From NCBI RefSeq assembly GCF_963676685.1, contig NC_092347.1, positions 3,472,001 to 3,536,000 of the forward strand: a stretch of DNA of 64,000 bases, written 5' to 3'. This document shows positions 37,836 through 51,000 of this stretch, piece by piece (within the stretch, counting starts at the first letter, position 1; each line of letters begins with the position of its first letter). The translations under genes and the position numbers were made by a program. This DNA comes from Mytilus edulis (lineage: Eukaryota). Below the pieces are notes generated by a model, which saw nothing but the letters and a program-made list of their open reading frames with translations, was not told the origin of the DNA and searched no databases.

Positions 37836-39627
37836 CCTATTCACGTCTTATGCTCTAAGCAAAATATGATGATCTATTTTAATAAAAAAAAACAATAAAT
37901 TATCAAAACTTGCAGACGATACCAAAGCCAGACAATAGATACTTGTGAATTAGGATAACCTTTGAAAAAAAACGAGTGTTTCATTTTTATCAGTTTAAAA
38001 ACTATCAACTTCAAAGTAAGGCATATCAGTACAAATAAAAACAATTTGGAATTGTGGTCCACCAGACATTCTACGACTCAAAATGTATTTGATGGACTAT
38101 ACTGCTTTTTAATATTGTATTTGTTATTTACAATCTCATCAAAGATACAAGGCATAAAAGTCGGTTTGCAAGACTCCAATTTTGTCTACGGAAGGCTCAT
38201 CAGTAGTTGTCGAATAAAAATTTTGGATGGCCCAAATCAAAAATGAGGGAAGAGAGCATTGAAAAAAAAAAAACAACAATAAATGAACTTATACACAAGG
38301 TTAACAAACTAGCAAGGAAGGATAATCTTAGAATACCCATTAACTCTCCCCCCCCAAAAAAAAAACCCCAAACATTTTCTGTAAAACCAGTACAAAAGCA
38401 CTATTTTAGGAGTAGTGATACCAACAGTGGTATCGAAGAAGTGGTAGTGAGCAATAACACGATATCAAATTGTATTTCAAAGCATTATATATACGTTCTA
38501 ATACGTTTCGACTCGTCAGGGTACTCAAAATCAAATATGCCTCCTTTAAGTACTGTCGGGTTTGTAATCAGTGCAAAATGCTTTTTTTTCTAGGCGCCTG
38601 ATATGCCTTAATGTTTGGTTAGCTATTATATTACAAATTATGTCATATGTCACTTGGTTTTAAATTCTAATTCGTAGTTTGGATTTTTTGACTTCCAATA
38701 AGAAAATGGAAGGATAACCTTGATTTATAATATTTTGATTTTTGAGAGGCCCCGAAAGTGGCTTTATCATAACTTCTAAGATATGACAATTAACCCCCCA
38801 AAAAGATATTTTTCTACGAAGTGCATTTTAAGAAGCTTGTGATATGTGTAAAATATCAATTTGGGTAAAATTCTGCTCATATGAATTATGCAAGTAATAA
38901 GCTCAAAAAAGCTTTTAAGTAAAGAGTCCAACTTCTGGAAAACAAATGAACAATCAGTTAAAGTAAATGGTGCTTAACTTGCAGGTGGCTGTCAGTCGTG
39001 GGAATGTAGCATGTAACAAGTATTATACTATTTATGTGTATATAATTAAATAAATACTAAGTGATATAGAAAGGTATATCTGTGTTACAACTATAACTAG
39101 AGTATATGAATATTAATGACCCTTGTAAATAACCTTGTAGATCTTAAATTATGTTGACGAACTCTACTGTTTTTAAAACAAATCTTTACAGATTTGTTTT
39201 TTACCATTTTAGATTTTAAGTACATATAAACTAAATATGAAACCACACAAGTGCATAAATTTACCCATTACTAATACGGAATAGTTATTTGATGAGGGAC
39301 TTTCCGTTTTGAATTTTCCTCTGAGTTCAGTGTTTTTGTGATTTTCCATTTTTTCATGCTTTTGTTGAGATGAGCGAAGCCGGAAAATGATTTCGTTTTG
39401 CTTACAGAATGTTTTACAAACAACTCTCAAGTTAGTATTTTATCCATTTTAAAATTTATAGTGTAAATACAAGTTCCTGTTGTTTTTACTAATTTTCAAT
39501 TTTGCACTATGTTAACTCTATTACTATTATTATTAAAATTTTTACTAGTACATACAATTTTTAAATGTGGTGACCTTGTAAATAGGGTGGAATTCCGGAA
39601 GAAGAAGAAGAAGCAGAATAGTAGAAG

Positions 39628-39760
39628 NNNNNNNNNNNNNNNNNNNNNNNNNNNNNNNNNNNNNNNNNNNNNNNNNNNNNNNNNNNNNNNNNNNNNNNNN
39701 NNNNNNNNNNNNNNNNNNNNNNNNNNNNNNNNNNNNNNNNNNNNNNNNNNNNNNNNNNNN
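39628..39760. other. Assembly gap (133 N) flanked by GAA-type simple repeats
   Basis: N run; ttaatggaaaagcagacggttaagg is duplicated at 39761 and ~39868. Confidence 1.
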
Positions 39761-40615
39761 TTAATGGAAAAGCAGACGGTTAAGGAAAAAGGAAGAAGAA
39801 GAAGAAGAAAAGAAGAAAAAGAAGAAGAAGAAGAAAAAGAAAAAGAAAAACCCTGTTTTTGCCATGTTTAATGGAAAAGCAGACGGTTAAGGGAAAAGCT
39901 TACAAAAATTTAAAACGAAAATAAGTTCATATTGTATTTCACTCTACAATATAAGAACTACAAAGTACTTAAACAAAAGCGAAACACATTATAATGTCCG
40001 AAACAAGGGGTGTATGCATTAACTGAAAACAAACCCAAATTATCGTATCCTTTGATAAGTTTGTCTTGTGCTTACATTAATGACGATTTCAGCAGAAATC
40101 ACTTGAACATGTTTCAAAGGTGCACAAATTAAAATGGTGCTTACATTTTCATCACATTTCAAAACATACTTAAGACAATCTCTATCAATAAGACTAAATT
40201 TTCGTCAATTTGTACCCAACATGTAGTCGAATAACAAAATTTAATATTTGAATGCTTTATTCCCCTGGAACTTTTTTTTCAAATTGCATGATAGTTATAT
40301 GGACTGATACGTTGTTGCAATAAACAAAATCTTGTTGGTTCTATGAACATGTTCACATTTAGTTAATATCAATGCTTTACTGTTTCGTCTCTTTATTATG
40401 ACCAAAAAAAAACATGAAACGGAACCTAGTATAAAATTAGACATAGATATAGGAAGATGTGGTGTGAGTGCCAATGAGACAACTCTCCATACAAATATAT
40501 ATGTACATTTGTTTTAGTATGTTGTTGGAGCATGACAATTTTCTTCATTATCTACAATTATATATGTTCCTTAAAGCATATAACTTGAAATATTTGATGA
40601 CAAAAAAAGATTTAC

Positions 40616-40700
40616 CTTACGTAAGAAGTGCAAATTTCGAAATGAGAGAGTTAAACGAAAGCACAATGATAATAAATCTTGTCCTAAAACTTAACATATG
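40616..40700 (-). other. Probable non-coding leader exon of temptin-like 1 (5' boundary approximate)
   Basis: Donor AAG|GTAAAT at 40616/40615 within a block similar to 56827+ and 57817+ upstream of temptin 2. A TTAG acceptor sits just upstream of the ATG exon in both genes. Confidence 0.45.
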
Positions 40701-41014
40701 ATTGTAATACGTTAAGATAACATCTTATCTCATAATTAATGCGCCTTAACATATACCTATATGTTTAGATTTCAAAGACAATACACACAAAACGCAGATC
40801 ATGTAAGCGTTGCCCTTTTTATTATAAAAATCAAGATGTTTTTTTTTCATCTTTTTTTTTTATACAGAAAGTCTGTCTGGTTCTTACATGATCTCAGAAT
40901 ACATTCTACATGAAATTGCTGTTTTATCAAAATGAATAATAAACATTATATATGTGCCTGTTCCAAGTCAGGCACTTGTCATTGAGTTGTTGTCGTTTGT
41001 TTATGTCCTTACCT

Positions 41015-42679
41015 TAAAAAATACCATAAACTGTTACAGGAGTGAATGAAGTCTTTGATGCGTATGGTAGTTGTAGCAACAAATGCTCAGGATATTCTAT
41101 CTTATCCACCACGTGAAGTATTTCAAGTTAAGCGCCATCTTCGCATTAAGAGGCTGACACTAGAATCATGGAGCATGTGTCTGATGCAGTGAAACACAAA
41201 CGAACTCAAACGAGTCATTATTCGAACAGTTGTTACTGATGATGCTGTCGTTACTATTTCGCTATTCTGTGACTATGGGGTAGACGAACTATGGATTGTT
41301 CTGGAAGGGCAAAACGCTTTGAATAAATATCTATCAATGACCTTTCAAATGCACTAAGCAATGAGTGATCACGCACACTTATTGTGATCCATGACTTTAC
41401 CGGTTGTGATACGGTTCTATGTTCACGTGAAAAGGAAAACGACTGCATGGGAGACATTGATGGCATTTGAAGATGTGACTTTAACATAGGAATGATGATT
41501 GATCAGTCTAAATCACCGGGGTTTAACTGTTAGATTGAACAAACTTATTAGATGGGGTTAATATGGTTAATATGCAAGAAATAACTTTTTGCGCAAAAGG
41601 GAAGGCTAATTGATGCTATTCCTTTAACTTGGTCTAGTCTTTTCCAGCATTTTAAACGTGCACTATATCAAGGCAGGTGCTAAGGGGGACGAGCTTGGAA
41701 ATGGATCTTATGCAATAGATGGTGAAGGGACAAAGAGGATCACTTTTAAAAAACTCTTTCTGATGCCTCATCATTTTGTTAGAAGCTTATACATTGTGGA
41801 TGAAAGAAAAGGATGCCGTGGTCGTTGTTAATGTGGAAAATCGGGTCTCCCGTGCACTGCTTGGTAAACATGTGGTGGTGACTGTGAATAAACATGTATT
41901 TTTGTCCAAATAGTAGTAATTTAAAAAAATGTTTTAGTACTTTTTCAAGTGATTTTATTTTGTTTTAATCAATGTATCCAAAACTCTACATCGAAGATAT
42001 GGATTGGGGACTCATCTTTGATAATTTTTAACCGAAAGTGTCAACTTTGTATTTACACATTTACAACAGAATAGAATTAGTGGTTTTGAGAATAACTTAA
42101 AGACAAAAGTTTAAGGACCAGCACAAAAAAAAAACCCCAACATTTTCTTTACATTTTGAAAAAAAGTTGAATTCTAAAGTAAAAATTGGATATTTTTATG
42201 TCCACCATTTTGGATATTACAGGAAGTAAGGGTTTTAAAGACATATGTCTTATACATGGTATCCACAAGAAGCACAAAAAAAAAAGGTTCCTGCACAATG
42301 TAATGATAGTAGCAATACGTTTGAACACATTTCAAATACCCTCCCTAAAAAATAAGTATATTTTAGTACAATGTCCGCCATGTGGATTTTACCGGAAGAA
42401 GGGTTTTTGAAGACATATAATCTATATAATATATCCAAAAGTAGTACATAACAAAGGTTTGTACCAAAAATGTTGATAGTAGCATGATAATAACACCTTT
42501 TCACATACTAGCCATCGATATTGGGCTGATTTAAGTATGATGTCCGCCATCTTGGATTTTACCGGAAGTGAGATTTTTTTTCCAAATGCCTCCCTATCTG
42601 AAATAAAAGAGTTATAGTCTATGCCAAATTTCATACTTGTAGCAGGATGTGCACAATTTTTCACAAAGCCGCCGTACTA
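41015..42679 (+). mobile_element. Academ (AcademX-type) DNA transposon, 5'-truncated relic
   Basis: Broken frames read EADTRIMEHVSDAV..VIIRTVVTD, IHDFTGCDTV..KTTAW and QHFKRALYQ (XPG-like part), plus a terminal Cys cluster LIHCG.K..GCRGRC.CGKSGLPCTA..CGGDC. Subterminal ccgccatcttggattt repeats; ends ...gccgtaCTA. Confidence 0.7.
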
Positions 42680-44370
42680 CAAGGGCAATTAGTCAATATT
42701 CTTATAGCTGTTCTGAATATTTTTCTAAAAATTCATACAGTTTATATTTCCAATTTGAAATGGCATAGTATTTATCTAAAATTATAATTTAATTTCGGAC
42801 ATAATAAAACGATTCAACCTTGCAACCTGACCATGCACTTTATGTAATTGAACAGATGAAGCAGATATTGCTATTCAAGTTTATAATACCCGTTTGTCAA
42901 TTTTTTGTTTACAGATGTAACGCAAGTTTTATATTTAATTTAGATTATTATTAATGACGTTTAATTTTCCGAGTTGAACCAATTATCTGTAAGGGGACAA
43001 ACTATTACAATACTACCAGATGCTCGTGTTTGAATATTGTGTTGGTGGCCCGATATCTGATAGGTTTCATCCCGTGTGCGAAATTGAGTATTGAATAACA
43101 ATATTTGAGATATCCAACTCTCACGAGGTATTGCAACTATTCATCATATGGTTAACAGTCTTTCTGCGTCAAACGATAACATAATGCATTTTAAAAATCA
43201 TTGAATGCTGCAGTATGTAATCAAATTTGACAAAAAAAGATATTTTCATATAAAAATGTGAGTCTTTTGTGTATAGTTGGAGAAATCACATTTATATTGC
43301 CATGGAAAAAATGTACATCTTTTTTACACTTGTAGGTCACCTTAGACATAATCAATAGCCAATGTACATGTCACAGTATCGTTTCATGATACATTTTTTT
43401 TCCATCACGCTCTGTGTAGTTTGATCCTAGAAATATCTCTTCATATGAGAGAAATATGTTACAGGCCACAACCACACAATTATGTTTGTTAAATTTATTT
43501 ATAAAAAGCTTTATCTATTGTATAGATATGAGACAATATCTGAAAAGTATAATTTCCATGTCCCGCACTTCACCAGCATTTATTTGTTTATTCAACCATC
43601 TTTTTTTAAAATTTTAAGTTTCAGTATAAACTAAATTTTATAATGCACCAACTCCTGCCAATTAACACTCATACTTATGTTTCTTCTTTTTTATAGTTCT
43701 GTGACGAAAAAGGTTTAAGTATGGGGACTTACACTAAAGTGTATATTCTTGTGTTTGTCCTTAGTTGTTTGGTGTCTACGTTTCACATGTCCAAGGACGA
43801 CAAATGCCAAGTATACTCTTTAACAGGGTTACCCTAAAAATCTCTGGTAGCGTGATTAAGGGAATCATGGTCACATAAATAGATAAATGGATCCTGGTGT
43901 AGCCTGAACAAAGTCTTGCAATTTAACATAAACACAAAAGTCGACTAAAAGTTCAATACTGTATTATTCAAAATCCAAAGTACATGTAACGGTAATACAA
44001 GTTTACAACATCTTAACTGCTGACTCAACAATACGGTGACATAATCCTAAATACGTACACTCCTCTCGTACACAAATCGTATTTCCTTCTATATCATATA
44101 TCGTCTATCTTCTCACTATCTATTTCTCTCTTTCATACTACTCTAGTATTCTGATTACAATATGGTTAAATGACTCTGAACAAAGAAATCTTCTACAGCA
44201 GCTATACTACAGGAGCCCAGAGCCCAGGGCTATTAGGACTAGGATAGGAGTAAGAGGGCATTTCATCTGAATCATAGGGCGTATCGCTTTCATCCATTAT
44301 GGTGCGAGCCTCCCCAGTTCTTCGTCTCTATTCGGACCATGTTTGTGGAGCGTTGTCTGTTTCCTGACCA

Positions 44371-44838
44371 TTAAGAACGAAATTCCATATTAATTTTAAA
44401 ACAATTGTTCAAATTAATAGTCTTATTATCACCAAAAGCCAAATCATCACGTATTCCTGAGATTTTCTGTACAACCCGCGGGTTGTAAGGGAAATAAATC
44501 CATGCTGATGCGACGAGGCCGCTACTGAGTGTAAGCAAAATAACCCATACTTGCCAAAATTTCTTCCAACCATTTTCTCCTTTCTTTTCCGTATTGCTCA
44601 TCTTCTGGATAACTCTATAATGATTTTTTCTTGGGTAACAGTGCCTGATGTTCCGGCGATACCGGACCTCTGGCATAGTCTCCGTATGAATATCATTAAG
44701 AAGACGTCCAGTGGCAGGCGAACTACCTAACCCAGAATCTGCTGGGGAAATTACTTGATTTCTAAAGCAATACTGCCTTACCTTAGAGAGCGTTGGAGCC
44801 TGAGTTGATGTTCGTGTTGTTCTTCTTGGTGTTTCCAT
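44371..44838 (-). CDS. Hypothetical 155-aa single-pass membrane protein inside the LTR element
   Basis: ATG in good context (ACAATGG) ~40 nt after the PBS. Long open frame in AT-rich DNA, a hydrophobic segment FWQVWVILLTLSSGLVASAWIYF and a DSGLGS motif. No gag/pol motifs. Confidence 0.55.
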   Translation of the reverse strand: METPRRTTRTSTQAPTLSKVRQYCFRNQVISPADSGLGSSPATGRLLNDIHTETMPEVRYRRNIRHCYPRKNHYRVIQKMSNTEKKGENGWKKFWQVWVILLTLSSGLVASAWIYFPYNPRVVQKISGIRDDLAFGDNKTINLNNCFKINMEFRS

Positions 44839-44879
44839 TGTATAATCTCTAGCAAGTTCGTTGAAGTCATACACAGTAA

Positions 44880-44897
44880 ATCCCACCGCTGCCACCA
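44880..44897 (-). promoter_or_regulatory. Primer-binding site complementary to the tRNA-Leu(AAG/UAG) 3' end
   Basis: TGGTGGCAGCGGTGGGAT lies 1 nt after the 5' LTR end. Its complement ATCCCACCGCTGCCACCA matches the metazoan tRNA-Leu 3' end including CCA. Confidence 0.85.
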
Positions 44898-46939
44898 ATG
44901 TGACGAAAAATGTTTAAGTATGGGGACTTACACTAAAGTGTATATTCTTGTGTTTGTGCTTTGTTGTTTGGTGTCTACGTTTCACACGTCCACGGACGAC
45001 AAATGCCAAGTATTCTCTTTAACAGGGTTACCCTAAAAATCTCTGGTAGCGTGATTAAGGGAATCATGGTCACATAAATAAATAAATGGATCCTGATGTA
45101 GTCTGAACGAAGTCTTGCAAGTTAACTTAAACACAAAAGTCGATTAAAAGTTCAATACTGTATTATTCAAAATCCAAAGTACATGTAACGGTAATACAAG
45201 TTTACAACATCTTAACTGCAGGCTCAACAATACGGTGACATAATCCTAAATACGTACACTCCTCTTGTACACAAATCGTATTTCCTTCTATATCATATAT
45301 CGTCTATCTTCTCACTATCTATTTCTCTCTTTCATACTACTCTAGTATTCTGATTACAATATGGTTAAATGACTCTGAACAAAGAAATATTCTACAGGAG
45401 CTATATAACACGAGCCCGGAGCCTAGAGCTAAGGTCAACCAACACTGAGGTCAACCGAGGCACCTGTATAAATAAAGCAACGGGGCACCAGCTGATTAAC
45501 ATGATTGATTTGACATTTAACAAGTACAATCTGATTGAAGGCGATAAAAATAGATTGTAAGGAATTACTTTATAACGGTTAATGAGAATAAATAATCTAA
45601 TTATACCATGATAATAAAATCCAATGATGCATGTAATAAAAGAAAAACGTTACAGTTCGTTATTATGTTGTACTGTTATACCACTGTCCCAGGTTAGGGG
45701 AGGGTTGGGATCTCGCTAACATGTTTTACCCCGCCACATTTTGTATGTATGTGCCTGTGTTACATATTTGTTTTTCGTTAATTTTTTGTAGATAAATAAG
45801 GCCGTTAGTTTTCTCGCTTGAATTGTTTTACATTGCCATTTCGGGGCCTTTTATAGCTGACTATGCAGTATGGGCTTTTCGCATTGTTGAAGGCCGTACG
45901 GTGACCTATAGTTGTTAATTACTGTTTCGTTTTAGTCTCTTGTGGACAGTTATCTCATTGGCAATCATATCTCATCTTCTTTTTTTAGTAAGTCAGTAAG
46001 TATGGTCGTGCTGTGTTGCTTCGGTTTGACATATTTGAAGAGTTTTATGCTTACATATTTACTGCATACAGAAACAGTTATCTTGAAATCTCGACTCTGC
46101 ATTTTTGATAGTATCCGACGATAAATGTTATGGACGATAACTCGCATAACACACAAGTATTATTGATACACTTCAGAATTTTTCACAAACTAATCCAAGT
46201 TCAGGTAATTTTACATGAGGCAGAATTAACCCATGGTAAAACCCAAAGTTTTTCATCTGCCCGTCATAAAGTTCATCTGTCTGTAGAAGTATAAGTCATA
46301 GTTTATGATATCTTATACATAGATGCGTCTTGAATAACCAAGAAATAGAAATAAGGTTATCTTGAACGACAATGTAGCTCAAAGCCAATAGTAACTTATA
46401 AAAATACTTATCTAAGACTAAAATATTACTCAGTACACATCAAATGGATTTAGTAGAGAAGTCATTGACAGTCAGAGAAAAACATAATCCTGTACAATGA
46501 TATAGTTATCGAGAGATGTGTAAAACCCTGCATATGCACATTTATTAAAAAAAAGTGTATAGTTTGATGTTTGATTTTAATTAAAACAATACATGAATAT
46601 CAATAAAACAAAATTAAAATATCTAATTACAGTGATGAATCGGTAACCTTTTAGAAAAAGTTTATTAAGAGGATCGATAAGTGTAACCGTATTATATCTA
46701 CATTTCCGGGACCGTTAAATTACACTTTCGTAAAATTTAGGTTCTGCTATTCCGTTCAAAATATGTTTTAAATGGGTACAACCAAACCCCCAAACCAACT
46801 CTTCGTATTGATTGATGCATTTACCAGTGATACATAGATTACGTTCATTGAAATCCCAAACGTCACGTGTGTTACAGACACAGGCATAGCCGAACACACT
46901 GTGAAATATAAACATTGTAAGATGGTTTCAAAAGGGTGT

Positions 46940-47670
46940 CAAGTCTCACTCATATCCTGACTTGACTTACATCTAGAAATTGACAATGATGGTCGATTGA
47001 AAACAAAACATTACCTAACTTTAAATTTCTGTGTAGCAACATTCCAGCAGCACCTGCATGTAAGTTATATATCTGCAGGTTTATACGATATTCCAGTGCT
47101 TGCATTTCCTATCATGATCTCATTGATAGGGGATTGCTGCTTACATGGATTTTGTTAACCATGAATTCTTTGTGATAGTATTTAAATCAACCCTTTGAAA
47201 ATTTTACGAATGCCATCATGAGTTGATTGCAATTGACCGTAATGGAATATCTGTGTCATAGATGACGAATGATGGTTTCTAATTTTCGTACCGACAATAC
47301 CGTCCTTTTCCCCAAAAAGATCTACCGAATTAGACCTATCACCGTTTTTTTTTACTAACATGAGCTATTCGGCGGGTTTTGGATGTGTTCGTGTTGCTAA
47401 GTCTCTTGGTTTTTGTTGTTGTTTTTTTCGCTATTGTGTTTTCATTGTAAATTTGACGACTTAAGAGTTTGAATGTTTCTTAAGTATCTTGTGTCTTTCT
47501 TGTGTTTCGATGTACAGTGAAACCTGTTTTAAGAGACCACTTAATCTGCTTACCCTTCCGGAGCACCTGAGATCACCCTTAGTTTTTGGTGGGGTTCGTG
47601 TTGCATATTCTTTAGTTTTCTATGTTGTGTCATGTGTACTATTGTTTGTCTGTTTGTTTTTTTCATGTTT
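46940..47670 (+). mobile_element. Degenerate Penelope-like RT relic plus tail
   Basis: LDLHLEIDNDGRLKTK..FLCSNIPAAPA..IRYSSACISYHDLIDRGLLLT with frameshifts. A minus-strand relic (DFNERNLCITGK) abuts it at ~46300-46930. Confidence 0.6.
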
Positions 47671-48026
47671 AGCAAAGGGATCTAAAACTAATGGTCTTCT
47701 AACACAGATTTTTGCTTAATACAGATGGTATCTTGAGCAGTTTTGATTGTATATGGTTTTGAAAAACAATGTTAGATATTATGTACTAGCAGTGCTTGTT
47801 TTTTTTATATTTGTAAACGTTATTAAATCATCATTTGCTGTTAACTATTATCTGTTTAAAAAAACCATGATGTCATTTTTCATGTGCATATATCAAAGGT
47901 GATCGATATTCTACTTCAATTAAGCGAAACATTTCTTCCCTTTTCAGTAGTAACGAACAATGAAATTGTCTTTTAACCTATTATTTAACTACTCGAGATG
48001 ATTTTGTTAACACTTTATTGTTCCAC

Positions 48027-51000
48027 TTATGGATAACCGTCTACTCCACTACAATGTTCCAAACAGTCACAGGCGAAGTTTTGGTAAGAACATCTGGCAT
48101 CACCTACAGGTTCACAAATACCTATTGAAGAAAAAAAACCAGTTATTAATACATAAGTGACGAATAAGCTTTTCAGATGTATCCCCATGCAATTTACTTC
48201 GGATTTCATATCAAATCACGATGTCTATAATGCATATGTTTGCCTGTACAGTTCATACTTGATCTTTGTGATATATTTATAAGTACTTGTGCAACCATCG
48301 GCATTATGTAAGTATATGCAGGATTGTTATATAAATAAAGGCAACAGTAGTATACCGCTGTTCAAAACTCAGAAATCCATGGACAAAAAACAAAATCGGG
48401 GTAACAAACTTAAACTGAGGGAAACGCATTAAATATAAGAAAACAATGACACAACTTTAAAATGTAACACACACACAGAAACGGACTAAGCATTAGACAA
48501 AATCCTTTGAGATAAGCAAGTTATGTGCTTTGTGCATGCTGCCAAAAGCCAAGTACACTCTATGAGAGGAATCCAAAAAAACTAACAGTAGAAAAAGTTA
48601 ATATTCTCGTTTATAATAAATTTGGTATGGCGATAACCTTTTGAAATTCTAACATAGACATTTAAAACAACGGTGTCTGCTAATCATTTTTGTGTTGTTT
48701 TACGAGTATTTGTTTGCTTGTTTCATTATTTAATTTTTTACTAAAACATCACTTTTAAATAGTTTTTAAGATTTTTTATACATAAAATCGACAATGCCTG
48801 AAAAATGTACTATACACCATATGTGCCAAGTATCATAAAGAGTTAAAATAATTATATTTTGATTTTAGTATACTTAATATCAATATCAAATGTTTTTAGC
48901 TGTAACACAATAGATTGATGTGTTAAGATAAGATACATCAGTATGGGAATTGTTGAACAAAACATTGTTAAATATTATCAATAATATCTAAATACAAATT
49001 GGTCCAAGAAAAAAAAATGTTATTTGGGCTAAAATTTTGTCAAAATCTAGAAAAGATGATATGCTGTTTGTGTTATTATTTCAATCAAAAAACTAAAGAT
49101 TGAACTATTGGACCCAAAACTGCTTACTTTTCATACTGCAAGCCGTATCAAAGCAAAATGGTAAGAAACCTTTTGGATCTGTCAAAAGAAAAATGAAGCT
49201 CTTTTCTGTTACCTGAGCCATGTTTATTCAAATATCCTTTAATGTGAACAATGGAGCATACGAAAAAACTAATAAAATATACCAGGATGACCAATGGCGC
49301 TTCCGTCTGGTGTTTGTCCAGGTTGCCAAGTACAATTCGGATCCCCGAGCTCCTCACCATTTGACTTTCCATCTTTATCGGAATCCATCTGACAAAATGC
49401 TGCAGTCCATACATGGCCATTCGCTCTAAATTCCTAAAACAAAACACGTCTGTCATTAATGCAAAAAACCTTGCATAACATTTAACATATCATACTACAT
49501 ACACTTTGAAAAGTGTTTCTGTAATTTAGATAATTCCTCTATTTTTACTATGACACTGGACGTTAAACAATCATCAATCAATCAATCTAGTTTTACTATC
49601 CAATAAAAGTGTCTGCATTGGTATATATCCCTCAAGAACTTTATAATATAAATTGATCGGTGTTTGCCCTACTTTTGATAAATAATGTTTAAGACTTATA
49701 TTTGTTGATGGTATAATATTAACAGATACGGTACCAGCTTTGGTGCACTAGATGCTATTTCGACATATAACGTCTCTTCGTTGATGCTCGAGACCAATGT
49801 ATTTTTTGAAAATCCACAATCTGCTACAAACTTTGAGAAGCGGATAAAATCAAAAAGAGCCTCAAGTGCTATGATCAAATCAGGACGATGAATCAGAGCT
49901 TTGTATGTGGAGGTATATTCCTTAACCTCAAATAATTTCCAAAATATTAAAAGAGAAAATTGTACTGAAGATATATCTGTTTTTTTCATATCAGTACGCA
50001 TGGAATAACAAGCTGACATATCGACCCAGTTCTAGTAATAGCATAAACAGTATCAGTATGATCCACCAAATGTGCATTTCTCTTCAGTGATGATCAAGGC
50101 CAAAATATATTGGAATATCCAACATCTGAAAATAACTGGCGAATAAACAGATTCATTTGGCTGCAGCAGGTGTGGGGGGAGGGGGGGAATCGATGGTCGA
50201 GTGGTCAAGTATTTGAACTACAATATTATTTTCCTGTCAACACTGATATTGTGAGTTCAGTTGCAGTTGACTCTAATCTTAATTGACTAGTAATGTCTGT
50301 TTTCCTATGACGGTGGTTCTCTCAGGGGCATTCTATCTCTGACCTTCACGTACAATGTAGTAGCACAATAGTGATGACTGAAGTTTAACACCAATGAATC
50401 AGTTCATACACGAGGGTCTAATCTTAAGAAATGCATGCATTTTTAATGTAACCACATGCAGTGACGGATTCATAAATAAAAACACCATGAGCTTGGGAAA
50501 TGGGAGGGGGGAAGGGGGGTATGGCACTGTGCCTAAGATTGGGTCCGCTACATTAATGCTCAAGTAACTTTTAAAATAATTAACCATTTATTTCCAACAA
50601 AACGAGCCTAGAACACATGCATGGTCCCTCAATCAATATGCCTCTGAAACGTAGCAGTTTGAAACTAGTTTTCAGTACGTTTTTTATGTTAATAAAAAGA
50701 ATAGATTTAAATCAGTTCTTCCTAACTAAAAAATTATTTGGTGATATAAAAATTCTGCCCACTTTCACGGAACTCTGATGTATTGCGCTTAATCTATAGT
50801 GTATTAGGCGAGTGTAATATTTGAAAAAGACGTCTAGTTAAGGACTTTAATGCACCCACCTAACACACGGCTAATTTCTTTTTTAAATGAAAGCATAATG
50901 ATTTAACTTTGATTTTTGCCCGGTCGTCACAAAATCGTACGGTGCAGTTTTTGTAAACTTGACGTTTATTTCAGAAATTAGTTGAAAATTATAAAACTAC

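Larger units (their letters stand above)
43700..45654 (-). mobile_element. Non-autonomous or internally deleted LTR retroelement (Gypsy-like termini) with tRNA-Leu PBS
   Basis: Direct repeats 43700-~44232 and 44899-~45432, with 18 mismatches in the first ~500 bp and no indels. Termini TGTAACG...CGTCACA on the minus strand. GTTC on both flanks (43696-43699, 45655-45658), splitting a dispersed repeat. PBS at 44880-44897. Confidence 0.85.

Noticed and set aside
39509-39871. 120-aa K/E/R-rich ORF
   Set aside because: Spans the N gap and GAA simple repeats.
44202-44297. 31-aa acidic ORF (MDESDTPYDSDEMPSYSYPSPNSPGLWAPVV) running into the 3' LTR
   Set aside because: Too short to distinguish from chance without homologous copies; worth rechecking if the element proves to be a family.
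44879-44897. tRNA-Leu gene
   Set aside because: Only the 3' 18-19 nt including CCA are present, adjacent to an LTR, so it is a PBS.
43700-45654. DIRS/Ngaro split-repeat element or simple tandem duplication
   Set aside because: The PBS, TG...CA ends and 4-bp TSD point to an integrase-type LTR element; no tyrosine recombinase remnants.
50190-50400. tRNA gene or tRNA-derived SINE head (tggtcgagtggtc)
   Set aside because: A-box-like only; no cloverleaf or clean B-box. Too decayed to call.
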